Positions 30,495 through 40,713 are shown, numbered from the stretch's first letter. The stretch is DNA of 64,000 nt from Deltaproteobacteria bacterium (GCA_027023445.1 JALVVK010000126.1:4740-68739), one strand, 5' to 3'. Made by a program: numbers and translations. Notes: generated from the sequence alone by a model not told the origin.

Positions 30495-31142
30495 TCACAT
30501 CGGCTCTATAAAGACCTCGACCCGCCGGTTCAGCTGGCGGCCCTGGGGCGTATCGTTTCCTGCCCTGGGTCTGCTTTCACCATAGCCTATGGCCGTAATC
30601 CTCTGAGGGGAGACTCCCCTGGCAATCAGAAGTCTCTTTACCGCATCGGCCCTTTCCTGGGAAAGGCGCAGATTGTATGCCTCGCTTCCCGTGCTGTCCG
30701 TATAGCCCTCAATCCGTATCCTTGTATCTGGGAAACGGGTCAGCACTCTTGCCATTCTGTCTATTTCTGAATACGCCCCTGGATGCAAGACGCTTGAATT
30801 CACATCAAAAAGGAAATCTCCTTTAAAGGTCACCGCGAGGATATCACCTTCACGTTGTATGGATGCGGCCTGGGAGGCTGCCATCGCCTGTCTCAGGGCC
30901 TCTTCCTGCTGGTCCATGTATCTGCCCACACCGGCGCCGGTCAATCCGCCTATGGCCGCCCCTATGGCTGCGCCCTCAAGTGTGCCCTTTGTATCGTGAC
31001 CTATGGCCTGCCCCACCAAGGCACCCACAGCAGCACCGGCTGCGGTTCCATACACGGCACCCTTCTGTGTGCGCGTCTGAGGGGGGGCGCAGGCTGCCAT
31101 TACCATAAGCAGCAAACAGGCAAACAGACTCATCTTTTTCAT
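30495..31142 (-). CDS. OmpA-family lipoprotein with glycine zipper
   Basis: Lipobox MAAC, Gly-zipper, IEGYTDSTG, NLRLSQERA, NRRVE. Confidence 0.92.
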   Translation of the reverse strand: MKKMSLFACLLLMVMAACAPPQTRTQKGAVYGTAAGAAVGALVGQAIGHDTKGTLEGAAIGAAIGGLTGAGVGRYMDQQEEALRQAMAASQAASIQREGDILAVTFKGDFLFDVNSSVLHPGAYSEIDRMARVLTRFPDTRIRIEGYTDSTGSEAYNLRLSQERADAVKRLLIARGVSPQRITAIGYGESRPRAGNDTPQGRQLNRRVEVFIEPM

Positions 31143-31576
31143 AATCCAAATACCTCCTGGCGGTTTGCTGGAGAATAACTGTAGCAGATTATATACCACG
31201 CGGATGCAACATCAAGTGAATACTACTCTTGGGAACGACCGCCCCCTGAACCTGCCAGCATAAGGGTCGTTAATTATGATACTTATTGGCCTTGGACTCT
31301 GAAATAGCAAAAACAGGGGTCTACACTGAACATCTTGGTCTTTGCCTGGGGTAAAACTATATAACCGGTTCAGAAACAACGGCTCTGGTAACGACAAAAA
31401 TGTCGAAGCCAGGATACCATTGTCGAAATCAAATACCAGTAATCCTGTATCCAGCAATCCACACCAGACATCACAGGCATTGAAGTTTTGCAAAGATACA
31501 AGACGGATGAGACACAACTTGAGGAAACAGCTCAAAGCTGAAAGCTCAAGGTTTAAAGTAAAAGATTAAAAATCTG

Positions 31577-31701
31577 TACCGTGAAAACAGCTCATAGCTC
31601 ATGGTTTAAAAAATTGGGTGATTTTTGTGACTGTCACCTATGAGCCATGAACCAACTTTCATGCTCCGGGGGGCGAAGCACCACCTGGCATGAAAGTTGG
31701 T
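31577..31701. repeat. 125-bp composite repeat, copy 1
   Basis: Identical to 31847-31971 except 2 nt; heptamer-like ends plus a 14-bp hairpin ACCAACTTTCATGC/GCATGAAAGTTGGT. Confidence 0.95.
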
Positions 31702-31824
31702 GAACGAAACACCTGGCAGAATTAAGAACAACTGTTTAATTATTCAATTAAAATCGTTTTCTCGTGCATTTGAAATACATAATCCGGGATAATATATGCG
31801 ATGATTGATGGAAAACGGAAAAAA

Positions 31825-31840
31825 CGGCACGCATTTTGAC
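31825..31840 (+). promoter_or_regulatory. Possible variant sigma54 promoter
   Basis: CGGCACGCATTTTGAC: GG-N10-GA (non-canonical -12), upstream of an operon encoding a sigma54 activator. Confidence 0.3.
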
Positions 31841-31846
31841 TATTTT

Positions 31847-31971
31847 TACCGTGAAAACAGCTCATAGCTCATGGTTTAAGAAATTGGGTGATTTTTGTGA
31901 CTATCACCTATGAGCCATGAACCAACTTTCATGCTCCGGGGGGCGAAGCACCACCTGGCATGAAAGTTGGT
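31847..31971. repeat. 125-bp composite repeat, copy 2
   Basis: Direct repeat of 31577-31701, period 270 bp. Confidence 0.95.
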
Positions 31972-31991
31972 TTATACTAAAATAAGGATGG

Positions 31992-32411
31992 TTGAAAGTG
32001 GCATACCGAAAGACACAAATAACAGGAATAATCACCTGTCTTATGTTATTGATAACAGGCGTAGCTCACGCCTCAGACACCATAGTCGGCACAGTGACCT
32101 CGGTTAATCTGGACCAGAAACGGTTAGGCATTGAGGTTATCCGGACGGATTCAAAAAAATTTCCTGCGGGAACCATTATTTACCTGGAGGCGACTGACAT
32201 CGGGCAGATCAAAAAGGGCCAGGCTGTCAGGGCTACCGTATCCTGCACAAGAGGAAAAAATATCTGCAGGGTAAAGGAAATCAACCTGCTTAAAAGATGC
32301 TGGTGTAAAGACAGAACAGGTGTCAGATACCGTCTTAACAGGGCCTGGCATCACAGAAGATGGTCTGGCCGCCATATCCGCAGCTGTCCTAGGTGGCACC
32401 GTGGCCGATAG
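31992..32411 (+). CDS. Exported hypothetical protein (OB-fold-like, Arg/His/Cys-rich tail)
   Basis: AAGGA RBS, signal peptide ending AHA, GTVTSVN beta motif, DRTGVRYRL. Confidence 0.65.
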   Translation: MKVAYRKTQITGIITCLMLLITGVAHASDTIVGTVTSVNLDQKRLGIEVIRTDSKKFPAGTIIYLEATDIGQIKKGQAVRATVSCTRGKNICRVKEINLLKRCWCKDRTGVRYRLNRAWHHRRWSGRHIRSCPRWHRGR

Positions 32412-33990
32412 AGACACAGGGACAAAATCTTTCCCAAGGCTCGCCTCCTGGCAGGGGAACGCCCTGGTCTTCGGAATCCTTTTTCTCGTGGTAGTCGCCT
32501 ACTTCATGTTCCAGGTACAGAATGCCCACAGGATGTTTATCAAGGATGCGGAAAACCATGCCAGACTCGTTGCAGATATTATCCGGGTCCATGCAAGGGG
32601 CACTGTACTCTCGGAACAGATTATCCGGACCACACTCAAGACCTTTCTGGGTAACACCACAAGATTTGTGAAATATCTGAATGCCATTGAACCCTTTGAC
32701 TCCGATGAGCTCACCGCCTTTGCCAAGGAATCAGGACTCGCGGGCATCAGTATTTTTTACCCGGACGGCACGGCAATTCACGGGCCCAGGGGATGGCTTG
32801 ACGGTATAAAGATAAAAGATTTAAAGGGCAACCGCCTGCTTCATTTTCCTGACAGGCATCTCATAGTCCTTGCAAGCCCGCTCAACACGGGGAAAGGATA
32901 CGTGGCGGCAGGTATCAGGGCGGAAAAAACAGAACTACTGCAAAAAGAAATCGGGCTGCCACAGACATTCAGGGCCATGGAACAGATCGAGGGAATCCGG
33001 TATATCCGGCTGGACAAGAATATTAAAAATCCGGCTGCCGCACACAGATCCATGCCTGGCAGGATAAAGATCATAAAATCCGGTAAGGATCTTGTGGCAG
33101 AGATCAAAATGCCCCTTGATATCGGGTTACTCACAGTGGGGCTTGATGCCCAGCCGCTTGAAAAAATCAGGAGAGACCTGTGGAGGGACTTTATTATATT
33201 CAGCATCCTGCTGGCAATTCTGGGTTCCACGCTGTCCTGGTTCCTCTACAGACATCAGGCAAGATATGTCAACCAGGTAAAGGAATATGAAAGACAGATT
33301 TCCAGGCAGAGGGAAGAGGCATCCCTTGGCCGGGCAGCGGCATCCATCGCCCACGAGATAAGGAATCCTTTAAACGCCATGGCCATGGGGCTTCAACGCC
33401 TGAAGATAGAGGCAACATGTCTTTCCGGAGAGCAGAAAAGGCTCATTGACATCGTTCTTGACTCCCTTAAACGGACAAACGGAATCGTAACCGGACTTCT
33501 CCGGTATGCTGGCATGTCTGAACCCTCGCTCAAACTGGGACAGGTTGATCTAATGGCCATGATCTCAGACGCCGTGACGCTTTACGAAAAACAGATGGAA
33601 CAGGCTGGAATACGGCTTGAAATGGACCTGGATTCCGGCAGACCCGTCACGGCAGATCCCGACCTTCTATCCCAGGTACTGGACAACCTGCTCCGAAACG
33701 CCATGGAGGCGCAGCCCCGGGGGGGATTCATACACATCTCCCTGAAGGCACGTCCTGAAACAATGGTTCTTACCATGAGAAACGGGGGCCATGTTCCACG
33801 CCCCGACCAGGCCGGGCAGCTTCTTGAGCCGTATTTTACCACGAAAACCCGGGGAACCGGCCTTGGCCTTGCCGTGTCAAACAGAATAGTACGGGCCCAT
33901 GGAGGCAAAATCACGCTCAACCTTCGAAAGGATGTATTCGAGGTAAAGGTGGAGCTCCCCCTGAACGGCCAGCACAGCAGGAAAGGATAA
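32401..33990 (+). CDS. Membrane sensor histidine kinase (ZraS/HydH-like)
   Basis: Two TM helices, IAHEIRNPL, NLLRNAMEA, PYFTTK, GTGLGL; start estimated at GTG 32401. Confidence 0.9.
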   Translation: MADRDTGTKSFPRLASWQGNALVFGILFLVVVAYFMFQVQNAHRMFIKDAENHARLVADIIRVHARGTVLSEQIIRTTLKTFLGNTTRFVKYLNAIEPFDSDELTAFAKESGLAGISIFYPDGTAIHGPRGWLDGIKIKDLKGNRLLHFPDRHLIVLASPLNTGKGYVAAGIRAEKTELLQKEIGLPQTFRAMEQIEGIRYIRLDKNIKNPAAAHRSMPGRIKIIKSGKDLVAEIKMPLDIGLLTVGLDAQPLEKIRRDLWRDFIIFSILLAILGSTLSWFLYRHQARYVNQVKEYERQISRQREEASLGRAAASIAHEIRNPLNAMAMGLQRLKIEATCLSGEQKRLIDIVLDSLKRTNGIVTGLLRYAGMSEPSLKLGQVDLMAMISDAVTLYEKQMEQAGIRLEMDLDSGRPVTADPDLLSQVLDNLLRNAMEAQPRGGFIHISLKARPETMVLTMRNGGHVPRPDQAGQLLEPYFTTKTRGTGLGLAVSNRIVRAHGGKITLNLRKDVFEVKVELPLNGQHSRKG

Positions 33991-33992
33991 AC

Positions 33993-35324
33993 ATGAAGAT
34001 ACTCATTGTGGATGACGAACCGGACCAGAGAGAACTTCTCAAGGGTTTTCTTGAAAACCAGGGATATGATGTCCTTTGCGCGGCAGACGGCCGGGAGGCC
34101 ATCTCCCTGTTCAGGAAGGAACCCATACAGGTCGTTCTGCTGGACCAGAGGATGCCAGACATGAACGGGGAAGAAGTCCTTGAAAAAATAAAGGAGATAA
34201 ACCCCCTTGTCAGGGCAATGATGATCACTGCCTATGGGGCGGTAAACACAGCGGTAAATGTTATGAAGCTCGGGGCGGACGATTTCCTGGAAAAACCTGT
34301 GGATCTTTCCGTTCTGCTTGAAAAAATCCAGACACTTGAACAGAAAATCTCGGTTGAAGAAGACGTTAACGAGGTGGAGGACTCGGTATCCCTTTCCTCT
34401 CTTCCTATAAATATCGTGGCGGAAAGTCCTGAGATGAAGGAAGTACTGTCCATGGCGCGGCGCGTGGCTGACACGCCTTGGAGCGTACTGATCAGGGGTG
34501 AGACGGGCACAGGCAAGGAACTTATGGCGAGACTTATTCACCTTTTGAGCCCGCGAAGTGACGGTCCCTTCGTGGAGGTCAACTGTGCCGCGATCCCTGA
34601 AAATCTCTTTGAAAGCGAGCTGTTCGGTCATGAAAAAGGGGCGTTCACAGGCGCTGTTTCACGAAGGAGGGGAAAATTTGAAATGGCCCGGGAGGGTACC
34701 CTTTTCCTTGATGAAATCGGGGAACTCCCACCCGCGTTACAGCCGAAACTTCTGAGGGCGCTTCAGGAGAAAAAAATCTGCCGCGTTGGCAGTGAAAAGG
34801 ACCTGGAAACAGACGTAAGGGTAATTGCCGCCACCAACAGGGACCTCAAAAAACTCGCGGAAAAAGGCTCCTTCAGGGAGGATCTGTATTACAGGCTGAA
34901 CGTGTTCGAAATAGACATCCCCCCCCTGCGCAACCGGAAACAGGATATCCCGGCCCTGGTCAAATTCTTCATGGAACGCTACAGCACCAGACCAATGGAG
35001 TTATCGCCGGAGGCCATGGACATACTCATCAAGTATCCCCTTCCAGGCAACGTAAGGGAGCTTGAACACATCGTGCAGCGGGCGGTAACCCTTTCCAGGG
35101 GACGTGTCATAAAACCCATGGACCTGCCTCCTGAAATACGGCATTACCAGGCCATATCCACCGGCACCCTTAATGAAAGGCTGGAAGCAGTGGAAAGGGA
35201 AACCATCCTTTCAGCCCTGGAGAAGGCAGGCGGAGTCCAGACCGCTGCCGCCCGTATGCTGGGAATAAGCGAACGGGTCCTGAGATACAAAATGGCAAAA
35301 CACGGCATCAGGAGAATTCGCTGA
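33993..35324 (+). CDS. sigma54-dependent response regulator (ZraR/AtoC-like)
   Basis: [48 protein letters not shown]. Confidence 0.95.
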   Translation: MKILIVDDEPDQRELLKGFLENQGYDVLCAADGREAISLFRKEPIQVVLLDQRMPDMNGEEVLEKIKEINPLVRAMMITAYGAVNTAVNVMKLGADDFLEKPVDLSVLLEKIQTLEQKISVEEDVNEVEDSVSLSSLPINIVAESPEMKEVLSMARRVADTPWSVLIRGETGTGKELMARLIHLLSPRSDGPFVEVNCAAIPENLFESELFGHEKGAFTGAVSRRRGKFEMAREGTLFLDEIGELPPALQPKLLRALQEKKICRVGSEKDLETDVRVIAATNRDLKKLAEKGSFREDLYYRLNVFEIDIPPLRNRKQDIPALVKFFMERYSTRPMELSPEAMDILIKYPLPGNVRELEHIVQRAVTLSRGRVIKPMDLPPEIRHYQAISTGTLNERLEAVERETILSALEKAGGVQTAAARMLGISERVLRYKMAKHGIRRIR

Positions 35325-36000
35325 GCCTGACCATCGCCTCTGCCAGGGCCAGATCATCCTGTGTGGTGATCTTGAAATTACGGGAATTTCCCTGGACAAC
35401 CCCGACAGGTACGCCCATCGCTTCAAGCAGGCCCGCCTCATCCGTTGCCCGGATATCTTTTTCGTCTGCCAGCTCATAGGCGGAAAGCAGATCCAATCTC
35501 TTGCAGACCTGCGGTGTCTGGGCGAGGAACAGGCGTGTCCTCTCCAATGTGCGGAGGACAAGGCCATCGTCATAAACCTCCTTGACCGTGTCCCTTACCC
35601 TGATCCCGGGTATAGCGGCCCCCACCTCCTGCGCCATGAGGCACACGGCCTCTATGAGATCAGGGCTGACCATGGGCCTTGCGGCATCATGGACAGCCAC
35701 CCACTCGTTGGCAGAGGAAACGGCATCAAGCCCCGCCCTTACGGATTCCTGCCGTGTGGCGCCTCCTTGCACAACCCTTACGGGTTTGTCCGCGACCCAG
35801 CGTTGCGCGAGCTCAGCAACCCTATCTTCATCTCCAGCTGGAGACACGGCTATTATTTCATTAACCATGGGGGAACGGGAAAATGCCCCAAGGCTCCAGG
35901 CAATAACCGGCCTGTCTGAAAGCTGCGTAAACTGTTTGGGAATGTTACCGCCAAAGCGGGTTCCACTTCCGCCGGCAGCTATAATGGCTGACACCTTCAT
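35308..36000 (-). CDS. ispD: 2-C-methyl-D-erythritol 4-phosphate cytidylyltransferase
   Basis: AAGGSGTRFG, PKQF, GGATRQESV, VHDAARP, AQTPQ, NFKIT. Confidence 0.95.
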   Translation of the reverse strand: MKVSAIIAAGGSGTRFGGNIPKQFTQLSDRPVIAWSLGAFSRSPMVNEIIAVSPAGDEDRVAELAQRWVADKPVRVVQGGATRQESVRAGLDAVSSANEWVAVHDAARPMVSPDLIEAVCLMAQEVGAAIPGIRVRDTVKEVYDDGLVLRTLERTRLFLAQTPQVCKRLDLLSAYELADEKDIRATDEAGLLEAMGVPVGVVQGNSRNFKITTQDDLALAEAMVRLSEFS

Positions 36001-36070
36001 ATAATCAAATCCTGTACGCGATCTAAAAGACTTTCATGCCAGGAAGTACCTCACACACCTGATACAGGAA

Positions 36071-36172
36071 AATGGTAAATTGTGAATGGTGAATTGTAAA
36101 TGATAAATTGTGAATAATGAATTGTGAATTGTGAATGGTGAATTGTGAATTGTGAATGGTGAATTGTGAATT
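36071..36172. repeat. Tandem heptamer array (about 14.5 x AATTGTG/AATGGTG)
   Basis: Direct reading of the units between ispD and glcD. Confidence 0.95.
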
Positions 36173-36211
36173 ATTGCGGCAGACAGCGAAAAGAACAGGG
36201 CATCTCCGGAG

Positions 36212-37582
36212 TTATAATTTTCCCGGATTCAGTATACCCCTGGGATCAAACACGCCCTTTATGCCTTTCATGAGGCCAATGGCGTCCGCCCCCAGCTCCA
36301 TGGAAAGATAAGGCCTCTTTGTAATCCCTGTACCGTGTTCGCCGGAAACAGTCCCGCCAAGGGACAGGGTCTGCTCCATGATCCAGTCAACCGCCTCATG
36401 GCAGTGCCTTTTGAGCTCCGGTTGACCGAGGTCAGTTAAAAGGTTGACGTGCAGATTGCCATCCCCTGCGTGCCCAAAGGAAAGAATGGTTATGTCAAAC
36501 CTCCGGCCCGCGTCTTCCAGCCTGCGCATCATTTCCGGCAGCGCGTCTCTTGGAACACATATGTCCTCGCTGACCTTGTCCGGATAACCCAGCCTCCTGA
36601 TGGCAGGAGAGAGTGATCTGCGGGCCTTCCAGAACCGGGCGGCCTGTTCCGGGGATTCAGCAACATGAAGCCCTGACGCACCGGCTGCCTGAAACACCGA
36701 GGCCATCTCCTGCGTCTCTTCCCTGACAGCAGGCAGACTGCCGTCCACCTCCGCAAGGAGCATGGCGCGCGTCCCCCGCGGCATGGAAACAGGAAGGCTG
36801 TCCTTCACGCATTCAAGGCTTAATCTGTCCAGCAATTCCACACACCTGGGAAGCACGCCGCGGGTAAACAGGGAAACCAGGCCCTTGCAGGCTTCACTCG
36901 GACCGGGGAAAAAGGCGAGAAGGGTTCCAACCGCCTTTGGCGCGGGAACCAGCCTGAGGAGAACCCTGGTGATTACGCCAAGCGTACCCTCTGAACCTAC
37001 CATGAGACGCGCGAGATTATATCCCACCACTCCTTTTGCCGTCCTGGTGCCGGTTTCAACCACCTTTCCGCCAGGCAGTACTATCTGGAGGGACATTACG
37101 TAATCCCTGGTCACGCCATATTTTACCGCCCTTGCACCACCCGCGCCCGTGGCAACATTACCGCCAATGGTACAGAAACCGAGACTTGCCGGGTCAGGAG
37201 GATACAGAAGGCCTGATTTTTCAACATGCGCCTGAATGCTGCCCGTTATGGCGCCGGGTTCCGCTTCCACGGTAAGGTTGGCCGTGTTTACGGAGAGGAT
37301 GCGGTTCATCCTCGAAAGACACAAAACCAGGCCGGGGATCTCCGCAAGCGCGCCACCGGTGGTTCCCGTGCCCGCGCCCCTCGGATAGACGGGAATACCC
37401 GCCGAGTTGGCAAGTTTCATGACCCGGACTACCTGCTCAAGGTCAGTGGGCAGGGCAACGGCCTCCGGCATGAAGCTCAACCCTGAGGCATCGTAGGAAT
37501 AGGTTCTCAGATCACATGGATCCAGCGAAAAATTCTCCCGGCCCAGGATCTTTGTAAACTGCCTGGCCAGAGACCTCTTCAT
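36212..37582 (-). CDS. glcD: FAD-linked oxidase, glycolate oxidase GlcD-like
   Basis: PRGAGTG, YPPDPAS, IGGNVA, GSEGTLG, GHAGDGNLH, SGEHGTG, LNPGK. Confidence 0.85.
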   Translation of the reverse strand: MKRSLARQFTKILGRENFSLDPCDLRTYSYDASGLSFMPEAVALPTDLEQVVRVMKLANSAGIPVYPRGAGTGTTGGALAEIPGLVLCLSRMNRILSVNTANLTVEAEPGAITGSIQAHVEKSGLLYPPDPASLGFCTIGGNVATGAGGARAVKYGVTRDYVMSLQIVLPGGKVVETGTRTAKGVVGYNLARLMVGSEGTLGVITRVLLRLVPAPKAVGTLLAFFPGPSEACKGLVSLFTRGVLPRCVELLDRLSLECVKDSLPVSMPRGTRAMLLAEVDGSLPAVREETQEMASVFQAAGASGLHVAESPEQAARFWKARRSLSPAIRRLGYPDKVSEDICVPRDALPEMMRRLEDAGRRFDITILSFGHAGDGNLHVNLLTDLGQPELKRHCHEAVDWIMEQTLSLGGTVSGEHGTGITKRPYLSMELGADAIGLMKGIKGVFDPRGILNPGKL

Positions 37583-37584
37583 GC

Positions 37585-38913
37585 CTAAGACTGCCAGCGT
37601 TTTTTCTCTACCTGGTCCATGAAAAACTCAATCTGATGTCTTGATTTGCCCGGAGTGTTGAGTTCCTTCCTGATTCTTTTAATCGAGTGGGTCACCGTGG
37701 CGTGATCCCTGTTAAACTCTCTTCCTATGGCCTCAAGGGAGGAATCCGTAAACCGTCTGGCAAGATACATGGCTATCTGCCTCGGCCAGGTGATGGCCCG
37801 TTTTCTGGACTTGGAAATTATCTCCTGCTCTGTGAGCTTGAAATGCCTGCAGATCATATCCTTTATCAGGGCTACTGTTACCTCGGGCGGCTCGCCCACC
37901 AGATCAAGGACCACCTCCCTGGCCAGGTCCATATCCAGGGGACGTTTCAAAAGGGATGACTTGGCAATAAGCCCTATTACCGCCCCTTCTATCTGACGGA
38001 TATCACCAGTGAGCCTGCTGGCCAAAAATTCGACTATGCTCTCATCAAGCAATACTCCCTGGGCCTTGGCCTTTCTCCGCAATATCCTTTTTCTGGTATC
38101 AAAATCCGGTGGATTTATGGTGGTAATAAGTCCGCTGCCAAGGCGTGAACGCAGAATATCGTTCACTTTCGGTATCTCCCTCGGAAGCCTGTTTCCCGTA
38201 AGGATTACGGTTTTCCCCTGGTCCATGAGCACGTCCAGGGCAAGGGCAAGCTCCGTCTGGGTGCGGTCCCTGCCGGACACGGACTGGACTTCTTCCAGAA
38301 GAAGCGCGTCACAGGTCCTGCTGTATCTCTTTTTAAAGTCGTCTATTTCATTGTTCCTGACGGCTCTTACCACCTGGTGCGTAAATTCGTTTGCCGTAAC
38401 ATAACATAGTCTTGCCTGCGGGCGCCTGTCCAGAATAAGCCGGCCCGCAGCCTGGGTGAGATGGCTTTTCCCAAGGCCTGAACCTGCGTGAAGGTAGATC
38501 ACCTTGCTGTGATTCGGATCCCCATTTGCCGTGGAAAGACACGCTGAGTACGCGTACTGGTTACTGCTGCCCACCACAAACTCATCAAAGGTATACCGGT
38601 CACAGAACCTGGGCCTCGGCAGTTCATTAGGAGCGAACCTGGGAAGATGAAGCTGGCCTTTCGCAGCATCCCTTACCTTTTCCACCGGGCAAAGTTTTAT
38701 CTTCCAGGTCTTATCCCCCTGGACCATAAACTCTTTTATCAGAGGAAGATAATGCTCCTGCACCCAGGAGGCGAAAAACTGGTTCGGACACCTGAGCAAA
38801 ATGGTGTCCCCCTCCACGCCTGAATATGTCAGGGGACAGATCCAGACCTTGTAGGTACTCTCCGCAAGCTTGGAACGCAGCCTTTCCTTCAGTGAATTCC
38901 ACAAGTTTTCCAT
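37585..38913 (-). CDS. dnaA: DnaA-family replication initiator (divergent)
   Basis: Domain I (CPNQFFASWV), YTFDEFVVG, GLGKSHL, RQIAMYLAR, RDHATV. Confidence 0.85.
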   Translation of the reverse strand: MENLWNSLKERLRSKLAESTYKVWICPLTYSGVEGDTILLRCPNQFFASWVQEHYLPLIKEFMVQGDKTWKIKLCPVEKVRDAAKGQLHLPRFAPNELPRPRFCDRYTFDEFVVGSSNQYAYSACLSTANGDPNHSKVIYLHAGSGLGKSHLTQAAGRLILDRRPQARLCYVTANEFTHQVVRAVRNNEIDDFKKRYSRTCDALLLEEVQSVSGRDRTQTELALALDVLMDQGKTVILTGNRLPREIPKVNDILRSRLGSGLITTINPPDFDTRKRILRRKAKAQGVLLDESIVEFLASRLTGDIRQIEGAVIGLIAKSSLLKRPLDMDLAREVVLDLVGEPPEVTVALIKDMICRHFKLTEQEIISKSRKRAITWPRQIAMYLARRFTDSSLEAIGREFNRDHATVTHSIKRIRKELNTPGKSRHQIEFFMDQVEKKRWQS

Positions 38914-39179
38914 AACTCCCCGAACTCCCAACCGCAGAAAAACGTACCGTATTCTTTTGAATACTACTGATTACTATGCACTGAAATCGTTTGCGCAATA
39001 CATACTGAAGGGCCATTCATATGTCAAAGCGAAAGAATTGGAATTCTCCGATTTTGGAGCTTGAGTTTTAAACAGGGGCATATCTACTCAACATCTAATC
39101 ATTTTCTGACTTAAAACCTATAACCCCGCTTAAAAACAGGCTTTTTAAGAACAAAAAAAATATCTGTAAAATCAAATAA

Positions 39180-39217
39180 TTATTAACAATCAACAAAGTT
39201 TTCAACAATTATCCACA
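39180..39217. promoter_or_regulatory. DnaA box cluster
   Basis: TTATCCACA (39209-39217, perfect), TTTTCAACA (39199-39207) and TTATTAACA (39180-39188) in an AT-rich region upstream of dnaA. Confidence 0.7.
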
Positions 39218-39373
39218 ATAAAATCACCTTGCAAAATCTACAAAATTCTCCTTTTTTTGCCTTTTAACTCACCTTTCGTCTCTTTGACAGTAAGGACATG
39301 GGTTATGAACTTTGGGGATTAAACGAAACACAGGACACTTGTAAACCATGCGGGGTTTTGGCATAGTTTTCCC

Positions 39374-39988
39374 ATGAATTGTCCAGACAGAAAGACGTGC
39401 ATGGCAATCCTCGCGCGCCACGGGGTTCCGGCCCACATACAATCCCACTGTCTCAGGGTCGCTCAGGTCGCGGGGGTTATTGCCCTGGCGCTGAATAAAC
39501 GGGGCCTTGATCTCAACAGGGAGCTGGTGATATCCTCCTCGCTGCTGCATGATGTCACCAAGATGGACGCCATAATCAATGGCCAGGACCATGCCCTTAC
39601 AGGCTCAAGGCTTCTTGAAGGCCTCGGGTATCCTGAGGTGGCAAACCTTGTCAGGCAACACGTATATGTTGATGACCCTGAAACGGATCGTGTAACAGAG
39701 GCCCATGTCCTCAGCTATGCGGATAAACGTGTTCTCCACTCCGACGTCGTAAACCTTGATGAACGCTTTGCAGATCTTATGGTCCGATATGGACACACTG
39801 CCGAAAGACGGATCAGCATCACTCATGGGCTGGAATGGGCCAGGGGGCTTGAACAACGGATATTTTCCATTATAAACATGGCCCCGGAAATGCTGCTGCT
39901 CCTAAACCAATACGAACCTGATCACGAACAGGAGGAAATGCCATGGCGCACAGACTCACCTTTTTCGGCCATTCCGCATTCAGGATAA
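39374..39988 (+). CDS. HD-domain phosphohydrolase
   Basis: SHCLRVA, LLHDVTK, DHA, RQH, YADKRV. Confidence 0.85.
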   Translation: MNCPDRKTCMAILARHGVPAHIQSHCLRVAQVAGVIALALNKRGLDLNRELVISSSLLHDVTKMDAIINGQDHALTGSRLLEGLGYPEVANLVRQHVYVDDPETDRVTEAHVLSYADKRVLHSDVVNLDERFADLMVRYGHTAERRISITHGLEWARGLEQRIFSIINMAPEMLLLLNQYEPDHEQEEMPWRTDSPFSAIPHSG

Positions 39989-40644
39989 CGACCAGAAACA
40001 ATTTGAAAATATGGATAGATCCCTGGCTCGATAATCCTATGGCCCCCAAGACAATCGATTCAACGGATGCGGATATCATACTCATCACCCATGCTCACAG
40101 TGACCATCTGGGGAACACACTCAACCTTGCCAGATCCCCTGAAACAGAGGTGGTGGCCATTCACGAAATACAGCAGTATCTGCTCTTCAAGGGCCTTCCC
40201 AATGTCACCGGGATGAACATCGGCGGGACATATATAACAAAGGGCATATCAATTACAATGGTCCAGGCCCTGCACAGTTCATCCATACAGGAAGGCAACG
40301 AAATTCACTACGGCGGAGAGGCGGCGGGTTTTATCATTACCCTGGAGGACGGAATCTGCCTGTATCATGCCGGGGACACGGCTCTTTTCGGAGACATGGC
40401 CCTTATCCGCGAGCTTTACCGGCCGGATATCGCCATGCTCCCCATTGGCAGCCATTACGTAATGGGCCCCAGGGAGGCGGCGCACGCGGCAAGGCTCCTT
40501 GCGCCGAAGCAGGTGATTCCCATGCACTATGCCACCTTCACCGCCCTTACAGGGACGGTTGATGCATTCAAAAAAGAGCTTGGCGAACTTGGCCTGGACC
40601 TTGAGATTACCGCCATGCAACCCGGCGAAACTATTGAAGTCTGA
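39943..40644 (+). CDS. Metallo-beta-lactamase fold hydrolase (UPF0173-like)
   Basis: GHSAF, IDPWL, THAHSDH, YHAGDT, LPIG, IPMHY. Confidence 0.92.
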   Translation: MAHRLTFFGHSAFRITTRNNLKIWIDPWLDNPMAPKTIDSTDADIILITHAHSDHLGNTLNLARSPETEVVAIHEIQQYLLFKGLPNVTGMNIGGTYITKGISITMVQALHSSSIQEGNEIHYGGEAAGFIITLEDGICLYHAGDTALFGDMALIRELYRPDIAMLPIGSHYVMGPREAAHAARLLAPKQVIPMHYATFTALTGTVDAFKKELGELGLDLEITAMQPGETIEV

Positions 40645-40713
40645 AAACTGATCCAGCGGCCCGATGGAAGAGAGATGCCTGAAAGGGCCCTTGCAGGAGC
40701 AGGATACACGGTT

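Noticed and set aside
31212..31535. Minus-strand ORF faintly like a PIN-domain start (LLDTGLLVFDFD)
   Set aside because: No RBS, the start lies within a heptamer repeat, and the other acidic PIN residues are not evident.
31577..31971. CRISPR array
   Set aside because: Only two repeats of 125 bp with a 145-bp spacer, far outside CRISPR dimensions; no cas genes.
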